DNA of 64,000 nt from Candidatus Poribacteria bacterium (GTDB lineage Bacteria > Poribacteria > WGA-4E > WGA-3G): positions 4,256,001 through 4,320,000 of the forward strand of contig OZ242029.1 in the NCBI GenBank assembly GCA_965205015.1, written 5' to 3'. Both the position numbers and the translations under genes were made by a program. The notes under the pieces are model-generated. The model was not told the DNA's origin. It worked only from the letters and a program-made list of their open reading frames with translations, and ran no database searches. Shown piece after piece: positions 57,852-64,000 of the stretch (positions are counted from its first letter, which is position 1; each line of letters begins with the position of its first letter).

Positions 57852-59264
57852 ATGGAAACAGAAATGTCTGGACCGCATCCTATTCCTCCGTCCCAATACC
57901 TTGTCTTGGATGATCGCATCATTGAAGGGGTTGTCGGGGCAAAACTTACCCTTGGCGAGATTACGAAGCATCCCCAAAATCCCCTTTTTGGTGAGGATAA
58001 ACCGTGGGAACCGCGTTTCGACAACGTCTATGCCAACGTCATCTATGATGTAGAGGACAAACTCTACAAATGTTGGTACAATCCATTTATCATAGATGAA
58101 CGGGTGACGCACACACCACCCGAGAAACGGCACCCTGATTGGTGCAGTTATATGGATGTGAAACCAAGTGGGCGGGAGATGGGGCTCTGTTATGCTTCCT
58201 CGTCAGATGGTATCCATTGGGAGAAACCTGATCTTGGGCTCGTTGCGTTCGATGGCAACAGGCGTAACAACATTCTGATGCGCCGCGTGAATGGAGCCGG
58301 CGTTTTCAAGGATGGACGTGAAATCGATCCAGCGAAACGCTATAAGATGTTCTTCTGTGGAGAGCCCCAAATGACGGTCGCGTTCTCTTCAGATGGATTG
58401 CGCTGGGGTGAACCTCTTCCAATTCCACAAATTGAGGCACACGGCACGCATCCGAACGCGTTTTGGGCGGAGACATTGGGCAGATACGTCGGTATCACCC
58501 GTCAGCATGCTCGTAATATTCGCCTCGTCACACGAGCCGAGTCTTCTGACTTTGTACACTGGACACCAGACGAATCTATCCTTGAAGGTCCCAGTCCGCG
58601 TCTACAAATGCATGATATGATCGTGTTTCCAACGTGTGGAATCTATATTGGACTGCTCGGTATGATGGTGTATCCAGAGGACTCCGACATTGATGTCAAA
58701 CAGCATGTGGAATTGGCTTGGAGTCCGGACACCGTCCAGTGGCACCGCATACAGGAAGGGATTCCATTTATGGGGCATACCCCATCGGAAACAGAACGTT
58801 ATGGGGAGACACCTTACGATTGGGGGACGATCTTCCCCTCTGCCCCGATTTTCTTTGACGATGAGATTCGCATCTACTACGGTGCTGGAGATGGCTACTT
58901 TTTCAACTGGCGTAACGGCTACCTCGCACTCGCAACGCTTCGTCCGGACGGTTGGGCAGGCTACGAACCAACCGCAACTGACAGACCCGCTGTTATAACG
59001 ACCCAACCCTTAACCTTTCATGGGACATCGGTAGGCATAACGGCAGATGTATCCGATGGTGGTTCTGTACGCGTAGCGATTCTGGATAAGGTAGGTAACC
59101 AAATTGTCAGTAGTCAACCGATTCATTCGACTGTTACAAATTTCCGTGTCCAATGGGAGCTAAATCAAGATTTAGCGGATTTGAGAAACAAAGAAATTCG
59201 GTTAAGATTCCAGTTGCATAACGCAAAACTCTATGCTTTCCAGTTTCTGATGGAGCGTAGGTAA
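57852..59264 (+). CDS. Five-bladed beta-propeller glycoside hydrolase-like (GH32/GH43 clan-like) protein
   Basis: KHPQNPL, YASSSDGIHWEKP, AFSSDGLRW, IYYG, LATLRPDGW. Confidence 0.65.
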   Translation: METEMSGPHPIPPSQYLVLDDRIIEGVVGAKLTLGEITKHPQNPLFGEDKPWEPRFDNVYANVIYDVEDKLYKCWYNPFIIDERVTHTPPEKRHPDWCSYMDVKPSGREMGLCYASSSDGIHWEKPDLGLVAFDGNRRNNILMRRVNGAGVFKDGREIDPAKRYKMFFCGEPQMTVAFSSDGLRWGEPLPIPQIEAHGTHPNAFWAETLGRYVGITRQHARNIRLVTRAESSDFVHWTPDESILEGPSPRLQMHDMIVFPTCGIYIGLLGMMVYPEDSDIDVKQHVELAWSPDTVQWHRIQEGIPFMGHTPSETERYGETPYDWGTIFPSAPIFFDDEIRIYYGAGDGYFFNWRNGYLALATLRPDGWAGYEPTATDRPAVITTQPLTFHGTSVGITADVSDGGSVRVAILDKVGNQIVSSQPIHSTVTNFRVQWELNQDLADLRNKEIRLRFQLHNAKLYAFQFLMERR

Positions 59265-59293
59265 TTCCTGTTTATCGACGGTGCCTTCCGTTC

Positions 59294-60484
59294 CTACAAC
59301 GCATCGGTGTGTGCTCGAATCTTCTGGAACGCGTCTAAAATCTGTTGCATATCGTCTGTATCTCCCAGAAACATGGAATGTGTGAAACTACAGACCTCTT
59401 CTCTATAGACTCTTTCTGCGTTCGGGCAGTTGAGTGTGCTGTAATCGATCGCCTGATCTCCGAGGTATTTGCGCGGTAATCCGAGCTGATCAAACAGTTC
59501 GGGATTCCCGAAAGGACCTTCGTTGTAGATAGGTTCACCGTGCGCACCGACACCACACGAAACACCTTCTGCGCGGAGTGCTTCTAAGAATCGGTCGCGT
59601 GAAACACCACCGAACTCCTCAGACACAAACCGGAAATCCCAATAGTAGAAGCACCAACGTGTGACGCGCGTATCACGCGGAATAGGGTGGAGTCCATCAA
59701 TCGCTTCCATGCCCTTGGAAAGGTATGCGATATTTCGTTCGCGCGTCTCTACCTGCTCTTCAAACCGTTCCAGTTGATTCAGTAAGAGTGTCGCTTGGAA
59801 GTTGGTCATCCGCATGTTCAGTTGTGCGAATTGACCTGCCTTTTCTGCCAATGTTTCATCGTTTGTCAGTACCATTCCACCTTCGCCGCAGGTGAGTGTT
59901 TTTCCCATCTGGAAGCTAAATGCGCCGAGATGTCCGATTGAACCTAACCCTTTTCCACGCCACTGCGAACCGTGGGCATGTGCACAGTCCTCAATCACTT
60001 TCAGATTGTGTCTTTCAGCGATCTCCATGATTGTGTCCATATCCGCAGGATAACCCCCGTTATGCACGGGGATAATCGCTCGCGTTCGGGGTGTAATGGC
60101 TTTTTCAATCGCATCGGGTGCGATGTTATAGGTGAGTGGGTCGATGTCAACAATGACTGGCACGGCATTGACACAGACAACCGATGTCCCTGTCGCCACG
60201 AATGTCAATGCTGGAACGATGACCTCATCACCCGCAGTGATGCCGGCAGCCTTCAACGCGCATTGTAACGCTACTGTGCCATTTGCGAGTGGGATGCCGT
60301 ATTTCGCGTCCTGAAATGCTGCGAATTTTTCACCGACTTCATCGACTTTCTCGCGTCGGTTCCACGCGCCGCTCCGTAAAGTCTCTAAAAGTGCGTTTTC
60401 TTCGGTTTCATCATAGATGGGCCAGCTTTTCCCTAAACTGCTTTTAACGATCGGTTCGCCGCCATTGAGTGCTAACTTTGCCAT
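59294..60484 (-). CDS. DegT/DnrJ/EryC1/StrS family aminotransferase
   Basis: NGTVAL, GDEVIVPALTFVAT, IEDCAHAHG, FSFQMGKTLTCGEGG. Confidence 0.93.
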   Translation of the reverse strand: MAKLALNGGEPIVKSSLGKSWPIYDETEENALLETLRSGAWNRREKVDEVGEKFAAFQDAKYGIPLANGTVALQCALKAAGITAGDEVIVPALTFVATGTSVVCVNAVPVIVDIDPLTYNIAPDAIEKAITPRTRAIIPVHNGGYPADMDTIMEIAERHNLKVIEDCAHAHGSQWRGKGLGSIGHLGAFSFQMGKTLTCGEGGMVLTNDETLAEKAGQFAQLNMRMTNFQATLLLNQLERFEEQVETRERNIAYLSKGMEAIDGLHPIPRDTRVTRWCFYYWDFRFVSEEFGGVSRDRFLEALRAEGVSCGVGAHGEPIYNEGPFGNPELFDQLGLPRKYLGDQAIDYSTLNCPNAERVYREEVCSFTHSMFLGDTDDMQQILDAFQKIRAHTDAL

Positions 60485-60508
60485 ATCTCTGTCCCCCTTG
60501 CGATCTGC

Positions 60509-60532
60509 TGTAGGAGGGGTTTGTAACCCCGA
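60509..60532 (+). repeat. GTAG-type REP-like palindrome, family A
   Basis: Identical to 27942-27965. Confidence 0.85.
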
Positions 60533-60688
60533 CTTCCCCTGATATAGATAGTTCGATTTTAGCAGGGCATTCTTTTTTCGTCAACTTCTTTAGTTTCCTT
60601 TGTATCATAGTGTTTGTAGTATTCTTCTTGCAGATTTCGCCAGAATTCGCTATAGTAATCTTCAGAACCCCGAAGCAGTGTGTGAACT

Positions 60689-61600
60689 ATGGAATCAGTA
60701 AATCGGACTCCCACGGCAATAGATGGAATCACGGTAGGGCATGCTACCAATTTAACTGCTCGAACAGGGTGTACGGTTATCCTCTGTCCAGCGGGAGCGA
60801 CCGCGGGCGTTGATGTACGCGGGGCTGCACCCGGCACACGGGAGACGGAAGCGCTCCGTCCGGGACGTTTGGTCCAAAAAGCACACGCTGTGCTCCTGAC
60901 GGGTGGAAGCGCCTTCGGATTAGATGCTGCGGGGGGTGTCGTCCAGTATCTTGAGGAACAAAACGTCGGTTTTCCTGCTGGTCCCGTTCGCGTGCCGATC
61001 GTTCCAGCGGCTGTTATTTTCGATCTTGGAGTTGGCGACGCGAACGTCCGTCCTGATAGAGAGATGGGGTATCAAGCATGCCTGAACGCCACGAATGGAC
61101 CTGTAGCGATGGGAACTGTTGGTGCCGGCATAGGGGCAACAGTGGGTAAAGCACCGGGTGTTATATCTTCTCCGGGGGGTGTCGGTTCAGCGTGTATGCG
61201 TCTTGACTCTGGTTTAATTGTTGCGGCAATTGTGGTTGTGAATGCACTTGGGAATGTCGTGCATCCGAAGACGGGTGAGATTCTCGCCGGTGGAAAGGAA
61301 GACGGTGCTTTCGTAAACATCACGGAACGACTCTTGGACGCAGATTTAGTGCCAGGAACCAACACGACTATCGGTGTTGTGGCTACAAATGGGATGCTTT
61401 CTCCAGCAGAGGTCCACCGGGTCGCAGAGATGGCACACGATGGGATGGCGCGAGCGATTCGTCCCGCGCATACGATGTTCGATGGGGATACGCTTTTTGC
61501 GCTTGCCACAGGATCGCACACTGGAAGTGGTGTAAATACTGTCGGTATTCTCGCAGCGGAAGTTGTTGCTGAAGCAATTGTTAACGCCGTGACCGTTTAA
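60689..61600 (+). CDS. P1/S58 (DmpA-like) peptidase
   Basis: VDVRGAAPGTRET, LTGGSAFGL, NTTIGVVATN, HTMFDGDTLF. Confidence 0.92.
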   Translation: MESVNRTPTAIDGITVGHATNLTARTGCTVILCPAGATAGVDVRGAAPGTRETEALRPGRLVQKAHAVLLTGGSAFGLDAAGGVVQYLEEQNVGFPAGPVRVPIVPAAVIFDLGVGDANVRPDREMGYQACLNATNGPVAMGTVGAGIGATVGKAPGVISSPGGVGSACMRLDSGLIVAAIVVVNALGNVVHPKTGEILAGGKEDGAFVNITERLLDADLVPGTNTTIGVVATNGMLSPAEVHRVAEMAHDGMARAIRPAHTMFDGDTLFALATGSHTGSGVNTVGILAAEVVAEAIVNAVTV

Positions 61601-62970
61601 ATGGGGTGTCCCTGCATTGCTACTGGAATGTCGATATCAAACTCATTGAGAACCGTTGGAGCAATGTCGTATAAACTCTTGGAGGAGACAGCTCCCTGTG
61701 CTTGTTCTCCATTTTTTAGAATGAACATGCCCATCTCGGCATGGTTACAATCATCAGGACCCGTGTCGTTCTCGTAGGTATAGATGCTGTTATATCCCAC
61801 GCTGCCGACCGAACGCCAGAAGAGATTACCGAAATAGACGATGAGATCCGGCGGAATGTTTCGGCATGCCCGGTAAACCTCTTCGGGTTTGAAAACGCGT
61901 GTGCCGATGTTAACCCCCGCCTCGTCTACAATTGCTTCAAGGTGTGCCTTCAATTCATCACGGACGTTTTCATAGTCTCCTGCCCTAACAGTTCCGTGCG
62001 GTTCCCTGTCTTCAACGTTTATGAAAATCCGCCCGTAATATCCACCTTCACCCCACACCTTTGTTTTTTCCCAGTCCACTAAGTCCGCTGTCCATCGCGT
62101 AATTCCCCGCGGTTCGATTTTAAGCGTCAGGTACCCGTGTTGTCGGAGCCATTCATTGACACAGATACCGCCATCCATCCGTTTTGCCCCGTGATCGGAG
62201 ACGACCATGATCGTAGTGTCCTCGTCTACACACGCTAACGTCTCCCCGAGTTCGGCATCGAGGGCGCGATAATAGTTCCGCATCGTCTCCGAGAAAGGCG
62301 AGTTCGGTTCATACTTCGGATGCGTTTTATCCCAAAACCGCCAGAAAGCGTGATGGAGCCGATCCGACCCCATTTCAACCATCGTAAAGAGGTCCCAATC
62401 CTTTGTCTCAAGCAGATAGCGGGCAAGTTTGAAACGTTCGGCGGTCATTTTGAGGAGTTGTTGCTCCAGTTCGGCGCGCCGATCCGTCCGGAAATTAGGT
62501 ATATCAATCATGTAATCGCTTGCGACTTGTGCGATTTCCCGTGTCAGGCGCCGTGGGAAGGTCCATTGTGAATTAAGATTGGGGGTGAGAAAACTGGTGA
62601 CCATCCATCCGGGAAAGGGTTTCGCAGGATAGGTGAGTGGCACTCCCAAAACGACCGATTTCTTTCCTGCTTGCCCTAACAGATCCCAGAGCGTTGGCAC
62701 TTTGACTGCGTGTGCGTTGGCGATGGTCATCGCATCGTAAGAATAGTTCTTGCGGTTGCGAAACCCGTAGATGCCGAGTTCACCCGGATCGCGGCTGGTC
62801 ATCATGCACATCCACGCCGGCACGGTGATCGGGGGAATCGTGCTTTCCAGTTCACCATAGATGCCTTCTTCCATCAAACGGCGCGTATTGGGCATGTCGG
62901 CTTTAAAAGCGTCAAAGACCAGTTCAGGCGCGGCACAATCCCAACCGATAATGAGTACACGTTTTCTCAT
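61597..62970 (-). CDS. Alkaline phosphatase superfamily (type I phosphodiesterase/nucleotide pyrophosphatase) protein
   Basis: IIGWDCA, STIPPITVPAW, DRLHH, VVSDHG. Confidence 0.88.
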   Translation of the reverse strand: MRKRVLIIGWDCAAPELVFDAFKADMPNTRRLMEEGIYGELESTIPPITVPAWMCMMTSRDPGELGIYGFRNRKNYSYDAMTIANAHAVKVPTLWDLLGQAGKKSVVLGVPLTYPAKPFPGWMVTSFLTPNLNSQWTFPRRLTREIAQVASDYMIDIPNFRTDRRAELEQQLLKMTAERFKLARYLLETKDWDLFTMVEMGSDRLHHAFWRFWDKTHPKYEPNSPFSETMRNYYRALDAELGETLACVDEDTTIMVVSDHGAKRMDGGICVNEWLRQHGYLTLKIEPRGITRWTADLVDWEKTKVWGEGGYYGRIFINVEDREPHGTVRAGDYENVRDELKAHLEAIVDEAGVNIGTRVFKPEEVYRACRNIPPDLIVYFGNLFWRSVGSVGYNSIYTYENDTGPDDCNHAEMGMFILKNGEQAQGAVSSKSLYDIAPTVLNEFDIDIPVAMQGHPI

Positions 62971-62984
62971 ATTTTCATTTTAAA

Positions 62985-63785
62985 TCACGGCTTGTGATCG
63001 GTATTAACAGGCGGTTCGTCGTTGCTAAGGAACCGCTCAATTGTGTTTCGCGTTGCCGGGCGCGTCCGGAAATCGGCAATCCACGGTTCACGGAAGTAAG
63101 CTTGCTTTTCACGCGGTAAAGCGGACAGAACTTCAGGCGGAATCGGTAGACGGTGCCAATGTGTTGCGAGATGCGCGTAGGCGTTTAGCACTGCGACACG
63201 CGGTGTCTCTCGTTGCCATACGGGACCGGCGTGACATAAGTTTTCCGTGAAGAAGATTGCACTGCCAGCAGGACATTCGTAGGTCATCAGAAACGGGCTC
63301 CGCTTCCCTTCTTCTAACGACATATGGTCAGGATGCATTGGGAAGTTGGATTTGTGACTACCGACTATAAAGTGCGTCCCACCATCCTTTTTGGAAATAT
63401 CTGTGAGTTCAAAGACAACACGCACCATTCCAGCGTGGATCCGTTCGTTGTTGACGCGATACCCGAAGATCGGATCACCTTGTCGCGGTCCACCCCCGTG
63501 GAGTTCACCGTGCCTCTGCCCTTTTTCACGCCAGACAGAGTAGGAGTGCTCTAACCGGATTTCGGGTCCGATAATTTCATGTAGGACCTCCAGAACTTTG
63601 GGGTGATCAATCAGAACGCTCGCAGGACCGCCCGGTACGGCACGGTGTTCCGGGGGTAAAGATTCTTTGTTGTGATGTATCTGGTCAATCTGATCAACAA
63701 TTGCCTCTACTTCGTCGCGTTCAAGGATCGCAGGACGAACGAGGAATCCAGTTAAGTCAAATCGAAATTTTTCTTCATCAGTCAT
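62985..63785 (-). CDS. Phytanoyl-CoA dioxygenase (PhyH) family Fe(II)/2-oxoglutarate enzyme
   Basis: FDLTGFLV, LTD....GG..FIVGSHK, AGSAIFF...LCHAG, R196. Confidence 0.85.
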   Translation of the reverse strand: MTDEEKFRFDLTGFLVRPAILERDEVEAIVDQIDQIHHNKESLPPEHRAVPGGPASVLIDHPKVLEVLHEIIGPEIRLEHSYSVWREKGQRHGELHGGGPRQGDPIFGYRVNNERIHAGMVRVVFELTDISKKDGGTHFIVGSHKSNFPMHPDHMSLEEGKRSPFLMTYECPAGSAIFFTENLCHAGPVWQRETPRVAVLNAYAHLATHWHRLPIPPEVLSALPREKQAYFREPWIADFRTRPATRNTIERFLSNDEPPVNTDHKP

Positions 63786-63833
63786 GGGCTGGTATCTCCT
63801 ATGTTGTCTTTATGGTAAAGCGTAATTGGAAAA

Positions 63834-63998
63834 TTATGCCCAGCGTGGATTTCTACCGCCGAACCGCTGTTCGCTGATATTCCACAATTCCGATAAGCCA
63901 AGTTGCCGGATGTGTTCCAGCCCGGACAGACACGGATCGTTTACGCGGGTTAACCATCGTTGAAGTTCCGCTTCGAGTTCTGCGCGGAGATCTTGCGA
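63834..63998 (-). CDS. C-terminal end of a probable sulfatase, truncated by window edge
   Basis: Manual translation SQDLRAELEAELQRWLTRVNDPCLSG...; L..W.....DP is typical of sulfatase C-termini. Confidence 0.5.
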   Translation of the reverse strand, partial: SQDLRAELEAELQRWLTRVNDPCLSGLEHIRQLGLSELWNISEQRFGGRNPRWA

Positions 63999-64000
63999 AT

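Noticed and set aside
60559-60837. 92-aa minus-strand ORF
   Set aside because: Overlaps the P1 peptidase antisense and the divergent promoter region
1-64000. tRNA, rRNA, riboswitch, prophage or integron
   Set aside because: None recognised by eye; no integrase or phage genes. A covariance-model scan would be needed to exclude small RNAs

Overview
Gene-dense bacterial chromosomal window with about 55 CDS and no rRNA, tRNA, cas genes or reverse transcriptase. WD40, Kelch and LamG proteins, FlgD/T9SS-like 'YPNPFNPETWIPYQL' C-terminal domains, short 'PxxKLxTxWxxxK' tails and a PhyH dioxygenase suggest a Candidatus Poribacteria-like organism (inference from recalled family patterns only). Housekeeping and metabolic genes include pckG, an Omp85/BamA-type protein, a desaturase, a TRAP permease and a DtxR/MntR-regulated metal ABC operon with a perfect 22-bp operator. 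An apparently intact IS4-superfamily element has 22-bp terminal inverted repeats, a target duplication and an 18-bp hairpin hiding its RBS. Best leads: (1) a 4.8-17.2 kb accessory block where two exported zinc peptidases and an HNH gene are joined by a 177-bp, 96% identical direct repeat that gives two unrelated genes the same RBS and MDNKMR start; (2) a PhyH-family enzyme with HxG instead of HxD, a halogenase-like signature; (3) two candidate C-terminal sorting signals on unrelated exported proteins; (4) a REP-like palindrome lying in frame inside a gene; (5) an MNT antitoxin fused to the tail of a deleted HEPN partner; (6) a cluster of small membrane-anchored unknown proteins including a YPDC...HTH paralog pair. 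All product calls are from motif recognition; no searches were run.
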